DNA from: a virus
Taxonomy: Duplodnaviria > Caudoviricetes
IMG/VR virus record: IMGVR_UViG_3300048861_000148
Location: 1 to 27,986 of that record
Direction: 5' to 3' (one strand)
Length of the DNA stretch: 27,986 nucleotides
Below are positions 15,848 to 24,422 of the stretch, piece by piece; positions within the stretch are counted from its first letter, which is position 1, and each line of letters opens with the position of its first letter. The position numbers and the translations under genes are program-made. The notes under the pieces are model-generated. The model worked only from the letters and a program-made list of their open reading frames with translations, did not search any database and was not told the DNA's origin.

Positions 15848-17008
15848 TTAACGTCTCCCTTGACGATATACGGTTAGAATCTTCGCCGCGCGTGTGTACG
15901 CTGTGTACTGCAGCTTGGCGTAATCGCCCATCATCTCTTCCATGACGAGCACGTTGTCCCACTCGCTGCCCTGGGACTTATGGATCGTACAGCAGCCTCC
16001 ATACTGGAACCCACCGACATTCTTCAGCGCCTCGTTGCGCGCCTCTTCGTCGCGGCTGAAGGACAGCGGGTTGTACTTCACGCGCTTCTCGCGCCCATCG
16101 GTGAGCGAGCGGATACGCATGTACATCAACTCGTCAGGATCGTTCTGATCAACGTCTGATTCCGGCAAGTCTTCGAAGCCGATGACGATTGCCTGCTCAC
16201 CGTTCATGAAGTTATACGAGTGTTGGTTGAACCAGCACATCACCTTCTCGCCAACGTTCGGCTGGTCACCCTTGAAGCCCATCGCCTCGCGGATTTGGTT
16301 GTTGATCGCAACGCGCGTGTTGTTATACGAGCAGAGGATTTGCGCGTTCTCCTTGTAGTGCTCCAGGAGTTCGTCCAGCGACGGACGGCCATCACGAATC
16401 CGTACATCGTTGTACTCTCGTAACGGTAGGCGCTTCCCTTCGCGAACGAATCCGGCAGCGCGTATGATGTTCGATTCGGCGGCTTGGCGCATGATCTCCG
16501 TCAGTTCGAAGTCCACGGCCTCAGGCGAGAGCGACGGCGGAGCCTTAACCGGCTGCAACTGGCCCAGGTCACCCAACTGCAGGACCGCGATACCGTGTCG
16601 CAGCAACGCGGCCATATCGTACGCACCGACCATCGACGCCTCATCCAGCACGACCAGGCGCGGCCTATCGTCCAACGTCGCCTTGTCCACAAAGATCGGG
16701 TTGCCTTCCTCGTCTTCGCCGCGCGGGTTGTAGATGAACTGGTGCAGTGTCTTCGCGCCCTTACAGCCTTTCTGTCGAAGACGGCTTGCGGCCTTTCCGG
16801 TCGGCGCAATGAACACTGTCGAATACTCGTGGCAGCAACGCGCCGCCGCAGCCCTGGCCAGCGAGGTCTTGCCCGTACCGGCGCGACCGGTGAGGAAGAA
16901 CGTTTGCTTGCGGTGCCGTCGATTGATCCAGCCGTCGAACCACTTCACAATGGCTTCGATTGCCTGCTGTTGTTCCGGGTTGAACGTAATCTCTTGCGGT
17001 GTGCTCAT
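15848..17008 (-). CDS. RecD/Dda-like SF1B DNA helicase
   Basis: Motifs GRAGTGKT, APTGKAA, TLH, LDEASMV, GDLGQL.PV, LTEIMRQ, NG, TIHKSQGSEW, YTAYTRA. Confidence 0.93.
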   Translation of the reverse strand: MSTPQEITFNPEQQQAIEAIVKWFDGWINRRHRKQTFFLTGRAGTGKTSLARAAAARCCHEYSTVFIAPTGKAASRLRQKGCKGAKTLHQFIYNPRGEDEEGNPIFVDKATLDDRPRLVVLDEASMVGAYDMAALLRHGIAVLQLGDLGQLQPVKAPPSLSPEAVDFELTEIMRQAAESNIIRAAGFVREGKRLPLREYNDVRIRDGRPSLDELLEHYKENAQILCSYNNTRVAINNQIREAMGFKGDQPNVGEKVMCWFNQHSYNFMNGEQAIVIGFEDLPESDVDQNDPDELMYMRIRSLTDGREKRVKYNPLSFSRDEEARNEALKNVGGFQYGGCCTIHKSQGSEWDNVLVMEEMMGDYAKLQYTAYTRAAKILTVYRQGRR

Positions 17009-17285
17009 TCTGGTGATACTCCGTTAGTTTGTTCATCGGCTTTGTGTCCGAGCTAAGTCACTGCGACTCAACGGGTCCGAGTATAAGCGGTAAAGGTGAC
17101 TGCCAATTGGTCGGTGAGAAGCCTTATTTGCCTTATTACGACTCCGTTAAAAATATTCAGATAGTGGGTCAATTGTGCCACAATAGCTGACCTATAATCC
17201 AATCCGTCCGACGAAAGTAATTCAGTAACGGCTTCCAGGTTGACCGGTAAAACTAACCTGCAAATACTTATAGGCAGCAGCGATC
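17009..17285. promoter_or_regulatory. Divergent intergenic control region (AT-richer; plus-strand TATAAT at 17193-17198)
   Basis: Non-coding switch point between the leftward replication operon and the rightward primase operon. Confidence 0.55.
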
Positions 17286-17483
17286 TTGATCAAACTTTTC
17301 GTTTCGTATTCAGGCCTGGACGCGGACGGCAACGAGTTCCAAAGCAACGGCTTCTACGATGTAGAACAGATGCCACGCGACAAGGACGCTCTCAACAAAC
17401 TCTCCCAAGCCATCATGGCACGCGACGCACTCAAAGGCTTCAACGCCGTTGCCTGTGTCGTGCTATTCTTCCAGCAGGTCTAA
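17286..17483 (+). CDS. Hypothetical protein (65 aa)
   Basis: TTG start; codon usage like neighbouring genes; ends 7 nt before the primase ATG. Confidence 0.55.
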   Translation: MIKLFVSYSGLDADGNEFQSNGFYDVEQMPRDKDALNKLSQAIMARDALKGFNAVACVVLFFQQV

Positions 17484-17490
17484 TCCAATC

Positions 17491-18618
17491 ATGTCCACAC
17501 AAAGAGAACGTCTCGCCGCGTGCGAAGAGTTCCTGGCCGAACTCGGCAAGGGCATTCCGGACCACGAGCGCGTAATGGCCGGATACGCGGACGAAGCCAC
17601 GGTGCAAGCGGACGCGTCCGGAAAGAAACTCAATGCTGGCTGGTGGCCTACGCCGTATAAGAGCGGTCGCCACATCCCGATGGAGGATAACTGCTATGTG
17701 TGCATCTCGTCGTCAATCAAGACCCCAAATCCCAAGACCGGTGCGCTACGATACTGGCGAGGGGAAGCATCATTTGGTCACGGACTCGCCATCATGGTTG
17801 ACGACATCGGGACTGGTAAGGGAAGCAAGGGTGAGCTCAGTATGGATCAACTCTGCGCTATCCTTCAGCCTACGGCAACCGTGGAGACTTCGCCTGGCAA
17901 CCACCAGTGCTGGTACTTCCTTGATGAGCCGGTGGACGACCGCAGAAGGTTCAAGGCATTCCTCATGGGGTTCGTTAGCCACGTGCTTCTCGGAAAGGGC
18001 GGAGATAGTACGATTCGAGACATCAGCAGGTATGGCCGGATGCCTGCAGGAATCAATAACAAGCGTACAGCAGACGGCGCTCTCAAGTATCCGGTTGAAC
18101 CCGATGTGGCCCGCAATAAGCAGCGGCCTTTCGCCGTGCGACTTGTACAGTCTGACTACTCGCGCCGATACGGAATGGATCGAATCGCAGCTGCGTTCGG
18201 CTTTCCTATCGTTGTGCCTGTCGAACGGATACTGAGTGAGAGCGAAGAGACGGAGAAGAACGAAGCCAAGTACTTCGACGCGCTGTGGCTGAAGGAGGCA
18301 ACTTGGATCCTAGGCCGGATGAAGATGGGCGAAGGCAGTGGCGGTGAAGTATCGTCAAACATGTCCGGCAAGTATCGTATAGCTTGCCCATGGGGAAACG
18401 AGCACACGAACGGCGATAAGTATGGCGCTTACTTCCGTGGCTCAATTCCGGGCGCAGAATACGACTATGTTTTTGGGTGCGGCCACGATACCTGCCGCAA
18501 GGACAATAAGCGTACATGGTCCGTCTTCGTGGACAAGATCGTCATTGCGACGATTGCGGAGCGGCTAGATTCAGTTAACGCAAAAGCGAGTGACCACTGT
18601 GAAGACTACAAAGAATAA
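17491..18618 (+). CDS. RepB-type (AEP superfamily) DNA primase with C-terminal zinc-binding domain
   Basis: Motifs IMVDDIG, PTATVETSPGNHQCWY, RYGRMP.G.N.K. C-terminal CPWGNEH...CGHDTC. ATG 17491. Confidence 0.8.
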   Translation: MSTQRERLAACEEFLAELGKGIPDHERVMAGYADEATVQADASGKKLNAGWWPTPYKSGRHIPMEDNCYVCISSSIKTPNPKTGALRYWRGEASFGHGLAIMVDDIGTGKGSKGELSMDQLCAILQPTATVETSPGNHQCWYFLDEPVDDRRRFKAFLMGFVSHVLLGKGGDSTIRDISRYGRMPAGINNKRTADGALKYPVEPDVARNKQRPFAVRLVQSDYSRRYGMDRIAAAFGFPIVVPVERILSESEETEKNEAKYFDALWLKEATWILGRMKMGEGSGGEVSSNMSGKYRIACPWGNEHTNGDKYGAYFRGSIPGAEYDYVFGCGHDTCRKDNKRTWSVFVDKIVIATIAERLDSVNAKASDHCEDYKE

Positions 18619-18892
18619 GCTGATTCCTTTCATCGTCGTGAAAGGCGGGCGGGTTGTCGATTGCGTCAAGGCTGCAGATATCAGTATCGCACTGCAGGTC
18701 GCACTCGATGTGTGGGAACGTTTCATTGGTCGTGACGAGACGTTCTCGGTGGACTTGATGCCGCCTGCCAAGCCGCGCCCGGTGATTGTTAAGCCCACGA
18801 AGAGCGAGATCAAGGAGTTTGGATCGGTGCCTGCTAAACAGGGCTGGCCGTTCACGAGTATCATCCACTGCGACGTTACGGTGGGTAAATAA
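18590..18892 (+). CDS. Hypothetical protein (100 aa)
   Basis: ORF bridging primase and ATPase; exact start uncertain. Confidence 0.55.
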   Translation: MTTVKTTKNKLIPFIVVKGGRVVDCVKAADISIALQVALDVWERFIGRDETFSVDLMPPAKPRPVIVKPTKSEIKEFGSVPAKQGWPFTSIIHCDVTVGK

Positions 18893-18894
18893 GC

Positions 18895-20475
18895 ATGTCC
18901 GAAATGGAGGATTGGGAAGAGCAGTCAATCGAGAATGAGGCGGCAGCGCTCCAGGATGTCGAGCACGTCAAGGCCGCGAAGCTGATCGCGGTTGAAGAGG
19001 CATCCAGCGTTGCATCGGCAATCCGCAGTCATGAAGGCGATATCGTCAAGCGAGCGCGCAAGCTATTCTCTGCCGGGTTCATTCAGTATCCGGACGTTAA
19101 GAGCGTGCGCAAGAATGATATGTTCGTCAATCAGCCTGTGATGACGGATGAGAATAAGATGACCGTGCTCGACTCCTTGTTCGAAGGCGTTGACGAAGCT
19201 ACGCCTCATCGCGATCACTTTCGCGGACGGATTGTCGATCACGAGGGGCGGATTATCGATGACCACTATCCGGTCGTGCGCTGGATCCAGGCATTTTCTG
19301 CGGCAGGGTTAAAGGGCGTATCGGCAAAGGCGGCGCGTGATGCCGTTAAGGAGTGGGCGCTGGATCACGAGCGGAACGATTTGATCAACTATGTTGAGGA
19401 TCGGATTCCAGAGTGGGACGGCAAGAAGCGGATGGACACAAAGCTGATTGACCTCTTCGAGTCGTTCGATACGCCGCTGAATCGGGACTTCGGCAAGTAC
19501 TTCTGGCTGTCCCTGTACGCCCGCATCATGATGCCTGGATCGTTGGCTCCTATGGTGCTCTCGTTGTTCGGAACGCAGGACTGCGGCAAGAGCTACTTTG
19601 GCAAGCTGATCTGTCGCGTGCTCACCGGCAACCCAGAGGCCGATACGGTGCAGCTGGACTTGAACGGCGATAAGCTGACGTTCTTGCGCGAGATGACCGG
19701 CTTCTCAATCGTGGCGTCGGTCGGTGAAATGACCGGTTTTACGCGCGGCGACCTGAACAAGATCAAGGACTTCATCACGCGTACGTCCGATAAGATGGAC
19801 TACAAGTTTGAAGGGCACTTCGACCAGCAGCGCCAGTTCATCATCATGATGGACGGTAACAAGTACGAAGGCCTGCAGCGCGACGATACCGGCAACCGGC
19901 GCTTGTATCCGATGTTCTGCGGCCAGCTGCCGGACCGGCTGGGGCAACCGGCTTGGCGGCAAGACTTTGCGGCTGACTTCACCGGCTTCGAAGACGACCT
20001 GTGGCAGATTATGGCGGAGGCCGCGACGTGGTTTGAGGATCACAACGTGGAAGGCTACAACCTGTTTGTGCGGTCCGTTGTGAAGCAGGTCTTCGCGTTC
20101 TCGCAAAGTGAAATGGCCGGTGATCGCGGTACGATTCGCGACGATGTTATGGACACCTATCTCGTGCCGATGCTTAAGGATGGGCCTAAGTTCGTCTGGA
20201 AGACGAAGCAGGGTGCCACGTCCATCGGAGTGCGAACTGGCGACTTCAAGCGCTATTTCATGGACACTCTCAAACACGTCAAGCCGAATTGGAAGCACCT
20301 GAAGAATAAGATGATGGCCTTGGGCGCGGCTGAGTACGTATTCACAGGCGGATATGCTGGGTTCATTTTCCCAAAATATCAGACACTTGAAGACTTCAGC
20401 AAGAATATCGGCTTGATGGACTTCGAATCAGACGGCGATGAATCAGAGAAAGAAGACGGAAAGGAGCCATTTTAA
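18895..20475 (+). CDS. VapE/VirE-family P-loop ATPase (primase-associated helicase)
   Basis: PEWDG..R, Walker A GTQDCGKS, GEM, IKDFITR..D, LQRDDTGNRR (VirE-like signature). Confidence 0.85.
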   Translation: MSEMEDWEEQSIENEAAALQDVEHVKAAKLIAVEEASSVASAIRSHEGDIVKRARKLFSAGFIQYPDVKSVRKNDMFVNQPVMTDENKMTVLDSLFEGVDEATPHRDHFRGRIVDHEGRIIDDHYPVVRWIQAFSAAGLKGVSAKAARDAVKEWALDHERNDLINYVEDRIPEWDGKKRMDTKLIDLFESFDTPLNRDFGKYFWLSLYARIMMPGSLAPMVLSLFGTQDCGKSYFGKLICRVLTGNPEADTVQLDLNGDKLTFLREMTGFSIVASVGEMTGFTRGDLNKIKDFITRTSDKMDYKFEGHFDQQRQFIIMMDGNKYEGLQRDDTGNRRLYPMFCGQLPDRLGQPAWRQDFAADFTGFEDDLWQIMAEAATWFEDHNVEGYNLFVRSVVKQVFAFSQSEMAGDRGTIRDDVMDTYLVPMLKDGPKFVWKTKQGATSIGVRTGDFKRYFMDTLKHVKPNWKHLKNKMMALGAAEYVFTGGYAGFIFPKYQTLEDFSKNIGLMDFESDGDESEKEDGKEPF

Positions 20476-21108
20476 ATGAAGGATAACGTTGACGGATCGG
20501 CCTTGATGCCGATTGGTAAGTACAAGGGAAAGTCGCTGGAAGTCGTCGCGGCTGATTCGAAGTATTGTGAATGGCTCGTGCAACAGGATTGGGCAAATGA
20601 ACGTTACGGCCACATCATACAGTTCATTTCAAACGGCGCGCAAGAGAATCAGGAGACTCCTGAGCACAACCGGATTCAGGCGTTGTTCTTGGACCGTGAC
20701 TTTCGGCTGAAGGTGGCTAGGTTGGCGTTTCCTGATTATGCCGTCAGTGAAGTCGGCGAAGATGTTGAATTCGAGCACTGCGGAATGGATTGCGCGTTCA
20801 GCGCGAGGATCGGCAAGACGTCGCTTGGAAAGGATGCCGAGGGAGAAGACTGGTGGAGTTACATTGTTCGAACGCTGTTCATAGAAATAAAGCCGTCTGT
20901 TTCTGATGATTATCCTGTTGTCATGAGACAAATGAAAACTGCAAGGTCCATAATTGCCAGCCAGGGGATCGGTCAAAGCGGAGCAAGGCTGCAGGTTCTG
21001 TACACCGAAAAGATCACCAGCAAGCATTTGACTGAGGCGCAAATCATCGCCATGTTCGCTGCGGGAAAGATTGTTGTGGTGACGAAGGCGATGGTGGACG
21101 CAATTTAG
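20476..21108 (+). CDS. Putative PD-(D/E)xK nuclease with N-terminal DUF3820-like module
   Basis: N-terminal MPIGKYKGKSL...YCEWL; central FE...D...FIEIKP. Confidence 0.55.
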   Translation: MKDNVDGSALMPIGKYKGKSLEVVAADSKYCEWLVQQDWANERYGHIIQFISNGAQENQETPEHNRIQALFLDRDFRLKVARLAFPDYAVSEVGEDVEFEHCGMDCAFSARIGKTSLGKDAEGEDWWSYIVRTLFIEIKPSVSDDYPVVMRQMKTARSIIASQGIGQSGARLQVLYTEKITSKHLTEAQIIAMFAAGKIVVVTKAMVDAI

Positions 21109-21735
21109 TGTTTGATTTGGTTCGCGGACTGAGGATATCGGACATTAGTCTGGTGTCCTCTTTTCGTTTTCGTTGGGGAAAGGCAATTTCGCCCAATTTT
21201 GGGTTGGCCACTGGAAACGTGCTTAGACTATGGTTTTGGACATGGCCGCGCGGTGACAAAGTTGGGAGTTGGGAAGTTGCATGGGCCTCGGAACCTTTAC
21301 GGCCTATATGTTTTCCTACCTATATTCTACCTAATACAATTATACACTTTTACAACTTAACACTGCACTTCCTGCGTCGGTTCTGGCTTTGCCAAGTTGT
21401 GTGATTCGCTTGCGCACTAACGACCTGCCCAACTGTGAGAAGTACGTTCACCGCAGAGCGCGGCTAGGCAAGGCGCGGCTAGAAGTCAAGTGTACAACGA
21501 ACTTTATTTGGTCAACTTCGTCTTGTTCACCGTGTCCTCACGGACTCGATGCACGCTCCAGACGCCTACCAGGCATGCGGCAAAGTCATTGGAGCGCACA
21601 CGGTAATACACGCAGCGACACCACAGGACTACAGACCAAACAACCGGCGCGGCAGACCTCGCGACCCATGCGGCAAGATGGCCACTCCACACACGTAGAA
21701 TCGCGAACATCAGCCATTAGTTCAGCAGACCAATC

Positions 21736-22425
21736 ATGACCACTCGTGAACAAGCCAGAGGACAGAGACGACCGCGCAGCAAGCAACCCAAGGCGCACAA
21801 CCCCTGGGACAACGACGATAGCGATGAGAACGTGAGCAATGTGAGCAAAGAAGCAGAGGATTTTGCGAACGGCGATCTGAACCCAGACCGCGATATCGTC
21901 ACGACCAACGTTCTGGCAGCGGTGCACTTCCGCTCGGAGGTCTTCGCCAAAGCGAACATCAGCCACGTCAGCGACTATGCCGAGTACCGCGTTATCGGTT
22001 GGAACGCGGAACGGGCATTCACGCGCGTCTTCGGCACGGACTACGCAGACCTGCACCTGTACTCGCGAATCGAAGCCCTGGAACACAACCTGGTCTATCG
22101 AAAGATATTCGCAGAGAAGTTCGCAGCAGTGAAGATGGAACACATGTACGGGCCTAAGCTGGCCGTGTACGAGCTTCTGTCGCTGATGAACAACCCGTTC
22201 ACCAAGTGCTCGACCAAGCTGAGTGCCATCAAGGAACTCAACGTGCTGTTTGGTATCACGGTGGTGGACGAAGCTGGGCGCACGACTGCTGGTAAGACGT
22301 TGAAGGACTTCTACGGCGACAATCAACCGACTCCCGAATCCAAGCCGAAGTTGAGCACGACGAGGCACCCAGAACCGGGTTCAGCCGAAGCAGAGGCGTT
22401 TGTGGAGGCTAATCAGCGGGCGTAA
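21736..22425 (+). CDS. terS: Terminase small subunit (PB1/E217-like TerS)
   Basis: F...N...Y...RV.G....F..V.G......RI.A.E.N..YRK.F...and ELL.....P..K.S..LSAIKELNVL..IT.VDE.G.T..G..L.DFY match Pbunavirus TerS as I recall it. Same genomic position downstream of the primase block. Confidence 0.8.
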   Translation: MTTREQARGQRRPRSKQPKAHNPWDNDDSDENVSNVSKEAEDFANGDLNPDRDIVTTNVLAAVHFRSEVFAKANISHVSDYAEYRVIGWNAERAFTRVFGTDYADLHLYSRIEALEHNLVYRKIFAEKFAAVKMEHMYGPKLAVYELLSLMNNPFTKCSTKLSAIKELNVLFGITVVDEAGRTTAGKTLKDFYGDNQPTPESKPKLSTTRHPEPGSAEAEAFVEANQRA

Positions 22426-22503
22426 GTGCTCTTTGGACACAAATCTAAGGGGCAACGCTGGGCTGATTGCGGTTGGGGAGTAGTAGGGTGAGGGTAACAA
22501 GAC

Positions 22504-22529
22504 AAAGGCCCGTAGAACACGGGCCTTTT
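22504..22529. terminator. Bidirectional intrinsic terminator between convergent terS and early genes
   Basis: AAAGGCCCG-TAGAACA-CGGGCCTTTT. Confidence 0.75.
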
Positions 22530-22537
22530 CATTTGGG

Positions 22538-22636
22538 TCACGAGACCAGACGGTGGATCCAGTCGTGCAGGTGTAGCATCAGACCGCCACCAGCGATCAC
22601 GCCAAGGGCGAAGTAGAAGCAGTGTTCGATGATCAT
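22538..22636 (-). CDS. Small membrane peptide (32 aa)
   Basis: MIIEHCFYFALGVIAGGGLMLHLHDWIHRLVS. GGAG RBS, ATGA overlap. Confidence 0.55.
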   Translation of the reverse strand: MIIEHCFYFALGVIAGGGLMLHLHDWIHRLVS

Positions 22637-22830
22637 AGCAGCGCTCCATCCTTGATCAGCTTCTTCTCGATCTCTCCGAGACGGCGAATGCGCCGTTGCA
22701 TCTTCTGCTGGACAGCACGCTCCTTCGCCCATAGCGCACTCACCTCAGCGTGGAGCGTTGCCAGGCGCTTGTGATCCTCGCCAACGGCTTGGATGAGTGC
22801 CAGACGTTCTTGTCGAAGTGGCGAAGTCAC
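22633..22830 (-). CDS. Hypothetical coiled-coil protein (65 aa)
   Basis: GTGA overlap, GGAG RBS. Confidence 0.6.
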   Translation of the reverse strand: MTSPLRQERLALIQAVGEDHKRLATLHAEVSALWAKERAVQQKMQRRIRRLGEIEKKLIKDGALL

Positions 22831-22997
22831 AGAACGTTCTCCATAGGGCAGCAGAACGACGCATCAAGCCACTCGCCGTCTGCTGGGTGCCACAGGCCAT
22901 AGAAGTACGCGAGCATGGACGGCTTGTATACGGCCTCGCGCAGAGCGTTGCGACGCACCTCATCGATGTACGCGTGGTAGATCTCCAGGTCATCCAC
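22827..22997 (-). CDS. Small hypothetical protein (56 aa)
   Basis: Manual translation MDDLEIYHAYIDEVRRNALREAVYKPSMLAYFYGLWHPADGEWLDASFCCPMENVL; overlaps both neighbours. Confidence 0.55.
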   Translation of the reverse strand: MDDLEIYHAYIDEVRRNALREAVYKPSMLAYFYGLWHPADGEWLDASFCCPMENVL

Positions 22998-23280
22998 GAC
23001 GATGTCCAGTGCGCCACGGCGCTAGTACGTTGGCCAGCTTCAGCCATGCGTTGCGCTCCAGAGCCTTGAGAACAGCCGTGAACTTATGCTCTATGACGGA
23101 CTCAGACATGCCACGCGCGACCTCGCGCCAGTCCACATCCATGCCAACATCGAAGTTCGCGACCGTCTCCAGGGCCACTGGCGGATCAGAAGCAGCGTCC
23201 ACTGCGCCAGGGCGATTGGCCGTCACGACCTCGTACACGTGCAGATGGACAATGAACTTTCGTCTGTGGGTTGTGAACAT
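22990..23280 (-). CDS. Hypothetical protein (96 aa)
   Basis: ATG 23280 (MFTTHRRK), AAGGA RBS, TGATG coupling. Confidence 0.6.
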   Translation of the reverse strand: MFTTHRRKFIVHLHVYEVVTANRPGAVDAASDPPVALETVANFDVGMDVDWREVARGMSESVIEHKFTAVLKALERNAWLKLANVLAPWRTGHRRG

Positions 23281-23450
23281 CACTTGTCCTTGAAAGCGTC
23301 TTCGATGCGCACCTGCACCGGACCGTTGCTGCCTTGTGTAACCACCTTGGCGAGAACGATGCAGACGGCGAACGGCACAAGACTTTTGGACACGCACCAA
23401 TCATCGGCCATGTCCAATCGCCTCCAGCTGAATCTATAGCGACCGTTCAT
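23280..23450 (-). CDS. Small hypothetical protein (56 aa)
   Basis: Manual translation MNGRYRFSWRRLDMADDWCVSKS...IEDAFKDK; TGATG overlaps at both ends. Confidence 0.55.
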   Translation of the reverse strand: MNGRYRFSWRRLDMADDWCVSKSLVPFAVCIVLAKVVTQGSNGPVQVRIEDAFKDK

Positions 23451-23671
23451 CACTCATCCTTCACGATGAACGCTCTGGGAACGGACAAATCAACTTCGAT
23501 CATGTCGGTGTAGGACAGAGGCATCTGCTCCGGAAGACCTTCTGCGATGATTTGCAGCGTCATCAGCTGCGCGGCATGAGAGCGAGTCTCTGCGACCACG
23601 ACGCCGTACGCGCCAAGGCTTGAGCTATGACCGACGAACGCGTGGCAGGTGTAGACTTTGAGGTTGGCCAT
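23450..23671 (-). CDS. Hypothetical phage protein (73 aa)
   Basis: ATG 23671 (MANLKVYTC); TGATG coupling. Confidence 0.65.
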   Translation of the reverse strand: MANLKVYTCHAFVGHSSSLGAYGVVVAETRSHAAQLMTLQIIAEGLPEQMPLSYTDMIEVDLSVPRAFIVKDE

Positions 23672-23874
23672 CACTCGATCCTGCTGATGATTACGCTTTG
23701 GACGCCGAAGCATCCGCCAATGTCTTCGACTTCGAACGACTCGTCCACTGGCATTCCCTGGACGCCAAGGATCAATCCATCTTCGGATGCGCGGAATAGC
23801 TCTGCGAGCGCTTCGTGCATGGCCACGTCCACGCGCCGTCCGTCTTCAACCTTGATGGTTATGTTGAACTCCAT
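23671..23874 (-). CDS. Hypothetical protein (67 aa)
   Basis: ATG 23874 with GGAG RBS. Confidence 0.6.
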   Translation of the reverse strand: MEFNITIKVEDGRRVDVAMHEALAELFRASEDGLILGVQGMPVDESFEVEDIGGCFGVQSVIISRIE

Positions 23875-24084
23875 CACGCGCTCCGATCAATGGTGATTTT
23901 GACGTTGTTGGCGTCTTTGTAGACCGCGCCGAACACGCCAGTCTCGTGGACCTCCATCCGGCCTGCTTTGACGACGGTCGCGCCGACGAACGATGCCGCG
24001 TAGTTCGCGACGATTTGGACGACACGGACTGATCCTGAGCATATTGTCCGTGTCGTCCAAATCGATCTCGATGGTAATCTTCAC
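23874..24084 (-). pseudogene. Frame-broken small gene (frameshifted, recoded or mis-sequenced)
   Basis: The 5' part (MKITIEIDLDDTD, GTG 24084) and a protein-like 3' part (VRVVQIVANYAASFVG...KITIDRSA*, stop coupled TGATG to the next gene) are in frames differing by +1. The junction lies in a 19-bp inverted repeat. Confidence 0.5.
24011..24064. repeat. Perfect 19-bp inverted repeat with a 16-nt spacer
   Basis: CGATTTGGACGACACGGAC (24011-24029) and GTCCGTGTCGTCCAAATCG (24046-24064). Confidence 0.95.
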
Positions 24085-24422
24085 ACTTTCTCCTTTCTCA
24101 GATACGGCACGATGATATGCGCGATACGGTCGCGCAACTGCTGAGTGCTATGATAGTCGATTGCGGTGTCGCGCAGTTGGTTGACGATCAGTGCGATCTG
24201 GTGATCTTCAAGCGCTCGGTCCACTCGCCCTGCTCCCTTGAGTTGTTCGGTGAGCGAAGCATTCTCAGCAGCCAATTGCTTCGCGCCCGCCCAGAGCGAC
24301 ATCGCCATGATCAGCAGACGCTCTTCGCGGTTCAGATTAGGGCATTTGGCCTTGATGGATCGCTCCATCTCATTGGCGACCGGTTTGAAGTCGTCTACCA
24401 GCTTATCGTTGTTTGTGGTCAT
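24081..24422 (-). CDS. Hypothetical protein (113 aa)
   Basis: ATG start; helical, protein-like ORF within the gene string. Confidence 0.65.
   Translation of the reverse strand: MTTNNDKLVDDFKPVANEMERSIKAKCPNLNREERLLIMAMSLWAGAKQLAAENASLTEQLKGAGRVDRALEDHQIALIVNQLRDTAIDYHSTQQLRDRIAHIIVPYLRKEKV

Noticed and set aside
21108-21739. ORFs 21108..21404, 21389..21739 and 21504..21710
   Set aside because: Atypical composition, no clear RBS and non-protein-like sequence. Treated as non-coding, though not excluded.
21586-22368. 260-aa minus-strand ORF
   Set aside because: Antisense to the well-supported terS.
24011-24064. Inverted repeat as IS/MITE ends or an invertase site
   Set aside because: The spacer is only 16 nt, there is no target duplication or recombinase in the window, and inversion would not restore the frame.
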